From: Eledone cirrhosa
Taxonomy: Eukaryota
Assembly: GCA_964016885.1 (NCBI GenBank)
Contig: OZ024752.1
Coordinates: forward strand, 19,840,001-19,904,000
Length of the DNA stretch: 64,000 nucleotides
Reading direction: 5' to 3'
Of the stretch, positions 14,270-29,684 are shown piece after piece (the first letter of the stretch is position 1; each line of letters starts with the position of its first letter). Position numbers and translations under genes: made by a program. Below the pieces are notes generated by a model. That model was not told the origin of the DNA. It was given only the letters and a program-made list of their open reading frames with translations, and ran no database searches.

Positions 14270-14971
14270 TTAAGTATCGTGAGAGAGAAGAAGAGGTTTA
14301 AAGGGATAAGTGATACATATAGTTAGTTGCCAAAAGCTGGTGCATTTGTGCTCAATACTTGTGCCTACAGGGTTAAATATTGCAAGCGTTAATATTTAGC
14401 GGGCGAGAAGATAAGCAGAGCGGTTACAAATGAAAGGATTACAAAGGAGAATATATACTGTCAGAACATATTTATATAAAAGCACCTACGTACGTTTCTG
14501 TAGAATACAGCAGTCCTTTGGGTGGAAATCGACTGAGACCTGAAAACCATAAACTGGGTCCCCCTGCACCAAACCATAACACTCCGGTGGGTAGGCTGCG
14601 CAAATAAACATCTGTACACCAACTATGCATCTCAGACCCTGCCTGAATTGACAATGGTAAAGTAGCACCCACAAATTAGTAATGGAAAACCACCATCATG
14701 TGAATGGGTAATAAGCCCTTTGGGGACAATTATTCAAACACCGGCCAGAGTTACTCCCCTTGCTCTGTGTCAATAACAACGTGTATGTTTGAACCAAGAA
14801 TGAACTTTGATGTGTATCACTTTAAAACCCCTTCTGGGTCCTGTACTGAACACTCTTTAGTTTTCTATATTTCTATACCCTTGAGAAGCCCTTTTTGGGC
14901 GAAAGGTACGTAGGTGCTTTTATATAAACATGTTCTAACAGTATATATTCTCCTTTGTAATCCTTCCTTTC

Positions 14972-14975
<4 letters not shown>
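14270..14975 (+). mobile_element. Penelope-like pLTR-type remnant with inverted partial repeat and non-canonical hammerhead-like motif
   Basis: Inverted arms ~14429-14498 / ~14901-14975; motif ttgagaa-gcccttttgggc-gaaa; related copy at ~37590-37945. Confidence 0.5.
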
Positions 14976-15007
<32 letters not shown>

Positions 15008-15849
15008 TTCACTTCGGCTGCTTAACACACAACTTAATACATATCTTAATTAGTAAGTTCCACCAAGCTACAGAGGTGCTAGACTACCGACCCGATGAAA
15101 AACCTGACTGGCTGAATCAGTTATATAGTCGATTCGCTAGAGGTTGGACGTTAACTAACAGGGGAGAGGGTAACTAAAGGCTAAAACAATGCCAAAAGAT
15201 GGGTCTCCATCCCCTGAGAGTTAATAGGCAAACTCTAACCAACAGACACATGAAATTATTGGAGCATCGATGGAAATGATGTGTTCCAGCTCTATACGGT
15301 ATTTCTTTAAATCCTGTTTAGGTCGGGTCAGGCTTCTACCTGCTACTGGTACCATTTAATCCAATATAACCTACTTCATGGTGGAGTGGTCGGCGACTAA
15401 ACCGGCTACCCAACAACAGCCTGGTGGATGACCTCCTCAGAGTCAACAGCCACCCAACTAGGGGTTAAATAGCGTCGCCAACAGAGATTGGTCGAATGTA
15501 GTGAGTACGGCTACACGCCTGAGGACATAACAAAAACCAAAGAGAAAGCGGTGGAGGTCAACTATGGAGTGGTTCACCCGAGTTGGAAGGTCCTGGATTA
15601 GATTGGAGGTCATCCATCCATCCATCCAAAGTCGAAAGAGTTAAGTGCCTATTGAATGCTGGGGACGATTTATTTGCCCTGAGCCTAAATTGTCATGTAG
15701 CCTTGGGCTGCCAATGACTTGGATCAAGATTGAAGGATGGAAGGTGGGAAAAATTGTCTCTAGCGACGTATAAGGACACCTGGTAGATCGACCAAAATAT
15801 CTACAGATATATATGTGTGTGTGTGCGTGTGTGTGCGTGCGTGTGTGCA

Positions 15850-15955
15850 TATGAGGGTTGCCCCCAATAAATATATACACACTTCAACAGCATTCTCATA
15901 AATATTGCATGTACAGGTAATCAACGTGTGTATACATTTTTTGGACACACTGTAT
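15850..15955. mobile_element. Tc1/mariner-type MITE (~100 bp); related end at ~35385
   Basis: Imperfect TIRs resembling CAG(T/G)GTGTCC..AAAATGTATACA with TA flanks. Confidence 0.45.
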
Positions 15956-15978
15956 ATGTGCATATGTGTATATATATA

Positions 15979-16049
<71 letters not shown>

Positions 16050-16394
16050 GAGAGGTATAGAGATTGTTTTAGCAAGAAGCTAACGGCATTCTATAACATA
16101 TATGCGACTGTAACGTCAAGATGGGAAAAGTAGTTAACGAAAGATTTAGGAAAAATAACTCAAACTCATCTCAAAAGAGAATCAGGATATAAATTCCTCC
16201 ACAGAATTTAGTAAAATCCAGGGAAAATCTATAGACCTTTAACTCATGATAAAATAAAGTTTGAAACACTTATCCTTCAATTTGGAATAACATCAAATGC
16301 TCTGTATAGTCTTAAAAGACTATTTCATGAAAACTTTCAGTGGAGATGGTCACGGTTGGAATTTCAATCATCAATATATATATATATATATCAC

Positions 16395-16439
<45 letters not shown>

Positions 16440-16509
16440 AGAAAAAAAGAGGGCATTGAGTGCTCATACGGCCTACCGCATACGGACGCTTTAAGCATCC
16501 AACACCAAT

Positions 16510-16540
<31 letters not shown>

Positions 16541-16771
16541 TATAAAAATGGTATATACATATATATATATATACACACATACACACACGTCCCCGTTTGT
16601 CGTTAATCTGTTTGTATAAGTGTCTTTATTCTGCTCTTGAACTCCAACTTTCTCGTAATACGACTGTACAAACATCTCGAGACAGAACAAAACATAAACT
16701 GAGGCACGTTTTCATCGTCTCTCTTTCTGTACATACGGCTGTACGTATTAACGCACGTATTCATACACACA

Positions 16772-16841
<70 letters not shown>

Positions 16842-16886
16842 TATTATATATACAGGATGTGTAAATAGGGCTTTTCTTTTCACACA

Positions 16887-16936
<50 letters not shown>

Positions 16937-17006
16937 CTACACACATATATATATACACACACATATATATATACATATATATATATTTTTGATGATTTAG
17001 TATTTA

Positions 17007-17309
17007 CTAGCAGAATGGCCCGGCGTTGCTCGGGATTTGCTCTAGGGTTCTTATATACTTGATATATATTTATCCTTATCGAGCCTCATGAAATAAATAC
17101 GTTTGTTTATATTTTGTTATTGTGTATGCAAAAATATCTGTGCACGAATATATAAATATATATTAGACGGACCCCGTCTAAACACTTCTCCCTAAGACGA
17201 ACCCACAACATACACACGTCAACATACATACATCAGCACACATCTCTACCCACATATAAACACAATGACATACGTAAACACACATGCTCTATGGTGCAAC
17301 ACAAAAAAA

Positions 17310-17351
<42 letters not shown>

Positions 17352-17489
17352 ATATATGTATGTGTATATATATATAGTGAATATCATTTCACACCTTTTT
17401 TTGATGTTCTATTAAGAGAACCGATTTTACTGAAAAAATCGAATAATGTACACCATTTTACCAGGGGGAAAAAAATACTGGTCCACCCC

Positions 17490-17521
<32 letters not shown>

Positions 17522-17691
17522 CACACACACATACACACGCGTACATTAACATACAAAGAGACTTATACACACACACACGCACTTCTCCGTATAAGACAAA
17601 AGCTGAAAAATATCTTTTGACATGCTAAAATACTTAAAAATTGCTTACAGACACATTCTTACACCATCCCTGCTACCACGAATTACTCTGC

Positions 17692-17728
<37 letters not shown>

Positions 17729-17794
17729 ATCTTAATAGTCATTTGACACACATCCCTGCTAACCATTATCACAACATCGAACACCTTACTACTA

Positions 17795-17842
<48 letters not shown>

Positions 17843-18368
17843 TTGTTGTGAAAGAGTCATTTCTCAATCTTGGCGCAAAACCAATTTTTTATTCACATGA
17901 CCTCTACCGACCAATCAAAATTGTTTTGACCACAAGAATTTTTGCAAACACCAAGTAGCGCTGGAGCCACTTTTTTAACATAAAAACAGTCTTGGCGCAA
18001 AATCAATTTTTTACATACACATGACCTCTACCGACCAATCAAAATTGTTTTGACCACAAGAATTTTTGCAACACCAAAGTAGCGCTAGAGCCACTTTATT
18101 AACATAAAAACACGTAGAATTCCCAAAACTAATCAGATCAGAGCAAACAACACGGACACTCTATCTCAAAATTATTTTTGAAAAGCATTTAGAAATGCGC
18201 AACCGGTAAAAACTTAAAAACTTAAAACCACAACTGAATACTAACCCATACAATTACTAATACTCTTTTATTCCTAATTAAACCATTTTTCAACTGTGAA
18301 CAATTTGTCAGCATTTTCTATTCCGTTTACCAATATATAATAACTTGTGTGTTACACCTCTATTCTTT

Positions 18369-18422
<54 letters not shown>

Positions 18423-18552
18423 TAACAGATTAAAGTTTAAGCAAAGAATCGCTACCTTCACCCTTAACGGGATCTTTTGAAACTAAAAAAATCAATCTGT
18501 GCACGCAGAAGTAAATATTTCGAAAAACGTTACACACTATATATACACACGG

Positions 18553-18617
<65 letters not shown>

Positions 18618-18862
18618 ACGTCATAATGTCGTAATGCAGACAGTCAGACATACAGACAGATATTATAAGGGCGCAACGTTATATCTATGTATCTATCTAA
18701 AAAGAGAAAGACTAAGAGTTATAGAGAGAGATCGCTAAACCACCTAATGCGGTCCGTAGGTATACAAGTATAACAGGTATAAAGTTTGAAAACAATCGAT
18801 TGGGTGGTTCTCGAGTTTTAGGTTGTCAGACAGACAGACATTCTCTGTTTTAGATATATAGA
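17007..18862 (-). mobile_element. Non-autonomous Helitron-like element
   Basis: Minus strand starts A|TCtatatatctaaaacagagaatgtctgtctgtctg and ends cccgagcaacgccggg (hairpin)...gCTAG|T, i.e. canonical Helitron termini in an AT target; internal ~120-bp tandem duplication at 17868-18110. Confidence 0.75.
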
Positions 18863-19057
18863 TAAATAAAAACTAATGATAAAATGATGCCCCCGGGGAT
18901 GTGTGGCCCCCGAGGCTCTGTGACCCCCGGGAGTGTGTGGCCCAAAGCTACAGTTTATAGGTAAGTCCAGCATTGGAAACGGGGACAAGATTCAGTCATA
19001 TGACAAAGCTAATCTCGGCGGGATTAGAACTTAGAACGTAAACTACATGCGGCAAAG

Positions 19058-20927
19058 CCAATGCTCTACCGATACTGCCTCTAGTCCAATGTTCTACAGA
19101 TACTGCCTCTAGTCCAATGCTCTACAGATACTGCCTCTAGTCCAATGCTCTACAGATACTGCCTCTACTCCAATGCTCTACCGATACTGCTTCTAGTCCA
19201 ATTCTCTACCGATACTGCCTCTAGTCCAATGCTCTACCGATACTGCCTCTAGTCCAATTCTCTACCGATACTGCCTCTAGTCCAATGCTCTACCGATACT
19301 GCCTCTAGTCCAATGTTCTACCTATACTGCCTCTAGTCCAATGCTCTACCGATACTGCCTCTAGTCCAATGCTCTACCGATACTGCCTCTAGTCCAATGT
19401 TCTACCTATACTGCCTCTAGTCCAATGTTCTACCTATACTGCCTCTAGTCCAATGCTCTACCGATACTGCCTCTAGTCCAATGCTCTACCGATACTGCCT
19501 CTAGTCCAATGTTCTACCGATACTGCCTCTAGTCCAATGCTCTACAGATACTGCCTCTAGTCCAATGCTCTACCGATACTGCCTCTAGTCCAATGCTCTA
19601 CCGATACTGCATCTAGTCCAATGTTCTACCGATACTGCCTCTAGTCCAATGTTCTACCTATACTGCCTCTAGTCCAATGTTCTACAGATACTGCCTCTAG
19701 TCCAATGTTCTACCTATACTGCCTCTAGTCCAATGTTCTACCTATACTGCCTCTAGTCCAATGCTCTACAGATACTGCCTCTAGTCCAATGTTCTACCGA
19801 TACTGCCTCTAGTAGAATGCTCTACCGATACTGCCTCTAGTCCAATGTTCTACAGATACTGCCTCTAGTCCAATGTTCTACAGATACTGCCTCTAGCCCA
19901 ATGCTCTACAGATACTGCCTGTAGTCCAATGTTCTACAGATACTGCCTCTAGTCCAATGCTCTACAGATACTGCCTCTAGTCCAATGCTCTACCTATACT
20001 GACTCTAGTCCAATGCTCTACCTATACTGCCTCTAGTCCAATGCTCTACCTATACTGCCTCTAGTCCAATGCTCTACCTATACTGCCTCTAGTCCAATGC
20101 TCTACCGATACTGCCTCTAGTCCAATGTTCTACAGATACTGCCTGTAGTCCAATGCTCTACAGATACTGCCTGTAGTCCAATGCTCTACAGATACTGCCT
20201 CTAGTCCAATGCTCTACAGATACTGCCTCTAGTCCAATGTTCTACCGATACTGCCTCTAGTCCAATGTTCTACAGATACTGCCTCTAGTCCAATGCTCTA
20301 CAGATACTGCCTCTAGTCCAATGCTCTACCGATATTGCCTCTAGTCCAATGCTCTACCGATACTGACTCTAGTCCAATGCTCTACCTATACTGCCTCTAG
20401 TCCAATGTTCTACCGATACTGCCTCTAGTCCAATGCTCTACAGATACTGCCTCTAGTCCAATGCTCTACCGATATTGCCTCTAGTCCAATGCTCTACCGA
20501 TACTGCCTCTAGTCCAATGTTCTACCTATACTGCCTCTAGTCCAATGTTCTACCTATACTGCCTCTAGTCCAATGCTCTACCGATACTGCCTCTAGTCCA
20601 ATGTTCTACCGATACTGCCTCTAGTCCAATGCTCTACAGATACTGCCTCTAGTCCAATGCTCTACCGATACTGCCTCTAGTCCAATGCTCTACCTATACT
20701 GCCTCTAGTCCAATGTTCTACCTATACTGCCTCTAGTCCAATGCTCTACCTATACTGCCTCTAGTCCAATGCTCTACCGATACTGCCTGTAGTCCAATGC
20801 TCTACAGATACTGCCTGTAGTCCAATGCTCTACAGATACTGCCTGTAGTCCAATGCTCTACAGATACTGCCTCTAGTCCAATGCTCTACAGATACTGCCT
20901 GTAGTCCAATGCTCTACCGATATTGCC
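19058..20927 (+). repeat. 28-bp minisatellite (agtccaatgctctaccgatactgcctct)n, ~67 copies, embedded in a SINE
   Basis: Tandem repeat; flanks are SINE sequence (left gacaaagctaatctcggcgggattagaact, right gccaatccacc). Confidence 0.95.
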
Positions 20928-21087
20928 AATCCACCTCCCTTCTCTCAGCAATTTTAATGTCGTAAATGTTTGAAATTAAATCTAACTCCCCGAGTTAACT
21001 TCTTAACTTGGATTAACTAGTCTGGTTGATTGCGACAAATTCAAATATCCGCCTTTAGTTATCATATGTACTGTTTAAAATAGGAAG

Positions 21088-21333
21088 AGGCTATGTAGCC
21101 GGTTAGAGTATCAGGCACCCTAAGTAGTAGCCCGAGTTGAGAGAATTTGAAATCCTTTCCACGATCAATTGTTAAAAAACAAGTTAAAATCATTTAGTCA
21201 TCCATTCGTAAGGTACATACACACATATTTACATGTAAATACATAAACAGATACAGAGAGCAGAAGGAAGGGGCTGGTGAAACACTATAGCGATGTGTGT
21301 GGCTTCCCTTTAGGATTTACCGGCTACATAGCC
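21088..21333. mobile_element. Possible MITE with 16-bp terminal inverted repeats
   Basis: aggctatgtagccggt (21088-21103) / accggctacatagcct (21318-21333). Confidence 0.5.
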
Positions 21334-21757
21334 TATTCGTTTAAAATAGGTGCTGGATACACCAGTTGCCAGAGAATTCCATGTACCTGTATTAGCTAAG
21401 AAAACGAGAGTAGTTATACAGGAACTTAGCAAACCAACAAAATGTCTTATTCGGAGCATATTGTTTATATATTATTGACAGAAATGGGGCGTCGTCGTGT
21501 GGGTCTGGTTTCGAACACAATGCGCGACTTTGAGCATGTTTGTTTTCTACCATAGCTACTTTTGAGGGTGGAATTTAATTGATCTATAACAGGTTCTCAG
21601 ACCTTTTGGAGCCACCTCCCCACTCATGGCCATGTAATACCCACTCCCCTTCCACGGCCATGTAATACCCCTACCACCCCAAACTTTACACATTTAATAC
21701 TTATGGCCGTGTGAGTGTTTTGAGCAAAAAATATTTCAAATTTTCAATGCCCTAGGG

Positions 21758-21870
21758 ACCGCATTAGATAGCTATAACGTCGCGCCTTTATAATATCTGT
21801 TTGTATGTCTAGCTGCCTGCATTACGACATTATGACACTATCTGTGTGTGTGTGTATATATGTATATGTA

Positions 21871-21906
<36 letters not shown>

Positions 21907-22083
21907 TGTAACGTTTTTCGAAATATTTACTTCTGCGTTCACAGATTGATTTTTTTAGTTTCAGAAGATCCCGTGTGCAGATATTTTTGCATACACAATA
22001 ACAAAATATAAACAAACGTATTTATTTCACGAGGCTCGATAAGGATAAATATTTATCAAATATATAAGAACACTAGGGCAAAT
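21758..22083 (+). mobile_element. Internally deleted copy of the Helitron-like element at 17007-18862, opposite orientation
   Basis: Matches the reverse complement of ~18470-18750 joined directly to that of ~17035-17145. Confidence 0.75.
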
Positions 22084-22469
22084 ATTGTTCTCATTGCTGA
22101 CGAGGCAGAAGGGACTATATATTATTATATCATCTCTAACGCTCCCCCACCGCCCTCTGTACTTATACAATTCCCGGGGGTGGGGGCGCCCACTTTGAGA
22201 ACCTCTGATCTAAATCAACGAAGAATATAAATATCAGTGGAGAAGGCAAAGAGAAACATGGGTGTTCATTGAGTGGAGTCCTTTACTATATTTGTTCTGT
22301 GTTGAGTTCTATACACTCCCTTGTCACTTATGACGTCATAATGAACCAGAGACTCGCCCAGTTGTAGCTGCTAACCGACGTTTATAATATTTAGAAATTG
22401 TTATAGAAAATGGAAATGTTATGTTAAGAGTTAGGATGGCTGTGTATGACAGTACGACATACTTCCTGC

Positions 22470-22860
22470 ATGTGGTGGTGTGGTGGTGGTGTGGTGTGGT
22501 GTGGTCGTGGTGGTGGTGGTGTGGGGGGTGTAGTGGTGTGGTGGTGTGGTGGTGTGGTGGTGGTGTGGTGGTGTGGTCGTGTGGTGTGGTGGTGTGGTGG
22601 TGGTGTGGTGGTGTGGTCGTGTGGTGGGGTGGTGTAGTGGTGTGGTGGGGTGGTGTGGTGGTGGTGGTGGTGGTGGTGTGGTGGTGGTGGTGGTGGTGTA
22701 GTGGTGTGGTGGTGTAGTGGTGGTGCGGTTGGGGGAGTGTATGGTGGAGGGTTGGGGGTGTAGCTGAGGTGGTGGTGCGGTGCGAGTGATGTAGTTGAGG
22801 TAGTGTGGTGGTGGTGGTGGTGGTGATGCAGCTGAGGTGGTGCTGGTGGTTGTGTGATTG
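22470..22860 (+). repeat. (GTG)n/(GTGGT)n low-complexity tract
   Basis: Directly visible. Confidence 0.95.
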
Positions 22861-23137
22861 TGTGAGTAAATTGACAGAAGTGGTAGGGAGTCGGGCGAAA
22901 TGCCTTGAGGGATTTATTTCAGTTCATTACATCCCGAGTTCAAGTCCCAGGCATTTAACAACCTACCCACTTCTTACCTAACTATTTCACTATTAACTTT
23001 CCTGTTTATGAATATATATATTTTAAACATCAGAGCTTACAAACAAGAAATATTTTTAAATTTCAATGTTTCCATCAGTAAACCTTGTGAAACAGCCGCT
23101 AGCTTCGTGGCATGTAGCTGTTTCTTTTAATTTAATG

Positions 23138-23365
23138 GTTTCTGATTTAGGCACAAGACCAATAAATTTTTCTGGGGAGGGGGGGGGGGGGGGGGGGGAG
23201 TCGATCAAATCGAATCCAGTACATTACTGGTACTTTATTTATCAACCCCGTAAGAATGAAAGGCAAAGCTAACCTCAGCACGATTTGAATTCAGAACGTA
23301 AAGTGACGTAACTCTATGCCACAAAGCATGTTGTTCGATGCTCGACTGATACTGCCAATCTACCG
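23138..23365 (-). mobile_element. tRNA-derived SINE copy
   Basis: Same body (ggtactttattttatcaacccc..gaatgaaaggcaaag..gatttgaa) and head (gatactgccaatctacc). Confidence 0.8.
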
Positions 23366-24146
23366 AAAATTACTTATATTACTAAATCCTTCCAAATTCT
23401 TGATTATTTTCAAAACAGTTCCAAAACCATAGGCAGTCCTTCGTGTGAAATATGGTAATTAAATGGTTAGAACAGAATTCGAAGAATTTTCAAAAAAACA
23501 AATGTTAAAGGAATTTACGGGTGGGGTACTTATTCCATACCAAAGTTATCGAGCAGATGAATGGGCGTCTACGAGGTCACTCAACCTGCTAGAAATAGCA
23601 ACTACATATTTCTCCTCAAATCACACCTCAAATGAAAGATTATATATAGTTCCTGGTGTACAAAAAAAATACAAAAAATACATAATGTCACGGTTGGAAC
23701 GCTTTTGTTTATTGATAGGTCCGTCCCGTCGTGGCTGACCTGAGCTAAATAAACAGCAACATACTTTAAGGCGAGCCAACGACGAAACCTCCAGCGATTC
23801 TTCGACCTGTTAGAAATAACACCAAACATTTCTCTTAAAACAAAGGACATATTGTAAAATGTAGTCCTAATTATACAAAAACAAGATGGTGTAGGACAGG
23901 ACAAAAGAGAGACACAAAATAACAAATTAGTCACTGGCGAGGTCACAGAATGTGTGACAAAACAGTTTTGACAATAAACAATTAAACAACCATCCGGCTA
24001 TTTAACCAACCAACTGGAAATTTGTAATAAATTGAAGTGAAAGTGAACAGGTGCGTGTGTTTTTATTGCCAGAATCACCTCCCAAATATAACAGTATGTT
24101 TCAACGTGTTTTCAGATAAAAAATATTGCAAAAGAAATCAAAAACG

Positions 24147-24262
<116 letters not shown>

Positions 24263-24429
24263 AATTGGGGACCCCGACGGTTCAGCTCCTGCCGTTTCAA
24301 CAACTAAATCCGAACTTTTCATATTACCCACTCTACCCCAAGTATCGACTACTCTAGTGAGGAATGGTCTAACTGGTTTTTTACCGCTTCCATTCTGATA
24401 TATGTGTGTGTGTGCGTGTGCGTGTGCGC

Positions 24430-24464
<35 letters not shown>

Positions 24465-25020
24465 AAGTTTAACAAGGATTTAAATTAAATCCTGTAATTG
24501 GTTTACGGCTGTTTCATTAGAATAACTATAATATCCCATTCCTGTTATAATGCTGTTAAAATAAGATCACCAGAATCGATTAAATACAAATATTTACCTT
24601 CCATGCCTATAATATTAATATTAAGGCCAGTATTACAACGAAGCCATACTAGGAAGTTAAGTGTAGTTGGTTTGGAGGACTACGGAGTAGAGTTGCTCTA
24701 TACCTACGATATTTCTACCAAGTTATTACCACTATTTATACAATTAGATACTTATGTCGTCTCAGTTAAGTATATAATTGAGTGTTCTGACCCTTGGAGA
24801 TTTTTACCAAACTTATACTGCACTATATATATTGAAAACAAGCGAGATTTCACTATATACATTCGGCTCCAGCATAGAGTGCTGATTTTGTTACCCGGCT
24901 CAGTAAACCACCAACCTACTGAACTACCTATTATATATATAAATCTACCAGTATATCTATAAACATGATTGAAAGGATGATTTTTTGATGAGTAGGGATT
25001 TGACAAAGAATTGGTTTGCT

Positions 25021-26475
<1,455 letters not shown>

Positions 26476-26688
26476 GTAACCCCCATATGTGCTCTAGTCA
26501 TATGCCTGGTGGTCATCTATCTGTCCAGTTCGGTTGTCTAAAAGCATATCAGGAAAAATTATCCCGTTTCTATTTATATTGTCTGAGGAGAACATGTTTT
26601 GCTTTATGTTATACATAAAACTTTACATCTTCAAAATCTATATAATGAAATAAATAGAAATGATATAAAGTATATATCTTTCGTTTAT

Positions 26689-26808
<120 letters not shown>

Positions 26809-27240
26809 CCCGATGTAAATGGGAAGGCGACCACTGTCAAAAAAGGTACTCAATAAGTTAGTAGAGTATAGGTATATTCATTTTTTTAATATTTTATTAT
26901 AGAAATAACTTCTACGAGGCTAGATTTCTTGCGACTGAAACAGTTCTAGTCTTGTAAAAGTCATATATGTATATGTGTGTGTATATATAATTGTATAAGA
27001 ACAAATGTGTATGTGTGGGCGTGTGGATGCACGTGTGTGTGGATGTACACACTCATAGGTAATTGTCATATTGTGTCAAGTAGAGTGAAAACGTCAGTTT
27101 ATCAATAAACGAAGCTTTTATAGAGCAGTGTATAAGGTTGTTAACATATGAACACTGTAACGTACACACATCTGCATATATATATATATATATATAGTTA
27201 TAGGAATAACCAAAGAGTGCTTAGAAATACATTGTTTTAT

Positions 27241-27290
27241 TAGCTAACAGTGTTTCATCCATACCCCATGGCAGGAATCATCAGAGCCTA
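27241..27290 (-). ncRNA. Minimal type I hammerhead ribozyme-like motif
   Basis: Minus strand: ggct-CTGATGA-ttcctgccatggggtatggat-GAAA-cactg-TT-agct. Confidence 0.45.
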
Positions 27291-27609
27291 TAAACAAGAG
27301 TATATCAGTAGTTGCATGCTCCATCGAGCTGCGTCACCAGAACAAGGTTAAAGGACCAGCAGGGGGGTCCCGAGGCCAGCGCTATATGGAAAAAGACAGA
27401 ATACATGATGCACATAATGTCATAAAATGTCTTAAAAACTATATATATATATACATATGTCTATATATAAATACAGACACATTCATACATAAATAAGTAC
27501 ATACATACATATAGGTGTATGTATATATTTACATATATACATATATATGCACATACGTCCATACATATATATGCACATACGTCCATACATATATATATGC
27601 ACATACATA

Positions 27610-28105
27610 CATGGTGGCTGCCAACTCGTTTTCGAGTACGGCCACTACTTTATATCCATGTAGGAGAACCCCTACCGATGCGCTGAACGAGTGTGACTTT
27701 TTAGTCCAGCCAGCGACTTGAAAACTCTGGTACAAACACTACACTTGTGACAATTATTGACACATAGTGCTGGGCCCATGGTACCATGTGACGACAAGTG
27801 CAGAGAGATCTCCAGATATAAAGCAATGCCTGTGCCGTGAAGCTTTTATAGTGAGCAAAGGCACTGCACAAAGCCAGTCCCACTCTCTTAACCAAGATGA
27901 TATTTACCAAAAAGAAGAACAAGTCAACATCATTGGATACCATCAGGGTTGCAGGTGTTATATCAGAGTTTTTCTTCTCCTAGAATTCAGCCTTGACAAA
28001 GGCTAAGGGGTCATCTCTCCCGGTGATTTTGGATGGCCATTGACTCTTAAGAGCTCCTTTGCCCTTTCACAGGTTTTGTTTTTAGTCCTGCAGGATGTCC
28101 CAAAG
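27610..28105 (-). mobile_element. Second copy of the RTE-related short element at 6026-6515
   Basis: Near-identical sequence, with only scattered substitutions. Confidence 0.7.
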
Positions 28106-28299
28106 TCACCCTCCTCACCATACATACCATGTATATATATATATTTATGGAAATAGAGAGGATGAGAGAAAAAGACAAAAACAAGACGAAGAAAAAGAAG
28201 TAGGGTAGAAGATAAGTTTTTCGTTTTATTGCTGGCGGAGAGAGATGACAGACAGACGGACAGACAGACAGTTTACAGAGAGGCAGACAGGTAGATAGA

Positions 28300-29628
28300 T
28301 AGATAACTTTCTTTTTATTTGCCACCAGGGCGTCAAAGAGTGGGACAAGTACAATGGGGGGAGTTTACATAAAAAGGCGTCCTCACCAAGGAGGAGGCAA
28401 TAACAAAATATAAAAATATAAAATATAAAATATAACAAAAATAAATTGAATAACAAAATCCTCAATAGGGAGGAGGCGCTTTGGGGGGACGCACACAGTC
28501 CCGAAAAAAGTGTGCAACCCTTTTCCTCAGGAGCACAGAGAGAGGGTGCTCCCATGATCTTTCATCTTTCTCACCTACAGTCTGATGTAGAGTGAAGGCC
28601 CATTCACACAGGCCATTCTCGCCACTTTCACACATCTTTCATAGAAACGGCTGGGGTGCAGCACCTCTCTCTCCATCCTGATCCTTCTTCCGAAATGATA
28701 TCGGAAGAAACGGACCAGTTGTTGGCCAGAGAGAAAGGTGCCTGACCTCAGTCCTTTCAGATGCGTCCACCATACAACCTCTTTCGCCATGGTTACTATG
28801 CACAGAAACACCGCCTCTCCTTCGGCGGCTTGATCGTTACAATAGACTCGGTGGTCAACCGAATCGGTCCCACCCTTGACAGCAGTTGTTCGACATAGCC
28901 CCACAGATCGGCAATGCCCGAGCAGTGTACCAATGCGTGTGCAACGGTTTCCTCGTCGCACACGCATCTGGGACAGATCTTTTTCGAGGGGTCCCTACCC
29001 GGGCGCCCGTGTCTGTAGAGCCTTTCTCGAACGGGCAGAGCCCCTCGGTAGCACTGCCAGGCCAGGGACCTCTGGAAGTTATCCATAGGTCCCGGGCTGA
29101 ATGACCTACCGAACAGATTGGCCAGTTCGTTTTCCTCCATGCCTAGGGCTTCTCCGAGGGCGTCGTCGCACCTGCTAACCACCAGCCCTTTATAGAATGA
29201 CGAGGTGGATTCTCCACTGTCAGCCGGGTCCGCCTGCCAGAGCGCCTGGGCACACTCGGTGTGCCAGGCGCCCAGTTTTCTCGGTCTTTGCTTGACCCAG
29301 GATTGCAGCTCGGTGAGCGAGACGAGTCTGGGAAAGGCTCGCCTCACAAACGGGGCCCACACCAATTGACCGGTGAGGAATACCTGGAGGTGCCGTAGCC
29401 TTAATGCGTGTTTACGCATCATCAGCGACGGCATCCCCAGCCCTCCTTTCGAAGGGTATTGACAGCAGATAGATCTCCTCACCATAGGAGCCGCTTCTTC
29501 CAAAGGAATTGGAAGAGTGCGCGTTCCATTTTGGCGAGCGTTTCCCTTGGGCAAGGCACGACGGTCAGGCGGTAGTAGATGACGGACGCTATATAAGTGT
29601 TCGCCACCTCCGCCCGACCTATCAGGGA
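28300..29628 (-). mobile_element. 5'-truncated, diverged copy of the Tx1-clade LINE (ORF2 C-terminus + 3'UTR)
   Basis: Protein matches ORF2 from 'GRAEVANTYIAS' to 'GPSLYIRL' with frameshifts; same 3'UTR and AATAAA; GATA/GACA repeats on both sides. Confidence 0.95.
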
Positions 29629-29650
29629 CAGATAGACAGATAGAAAGATT

Positions 29651-29684
<34 letters not shown>

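Noticed and set aside
19058-20927. CRISPR array (28-bp repeat)
   Set aside because: Head-to-tail repeats without spacers, no cas genes, eukaryotic context, SINE-derived.
22421-22860. Telomere-like or Trp/Val/Gly-rich ORF
   Set aside because: Degenerate (GTG)n repeat, not TTAGGG.
24498-25006. 154-aa and 84-aa ORFs
   Set aside because: AT-rich, no recognisable domain or exon signals.
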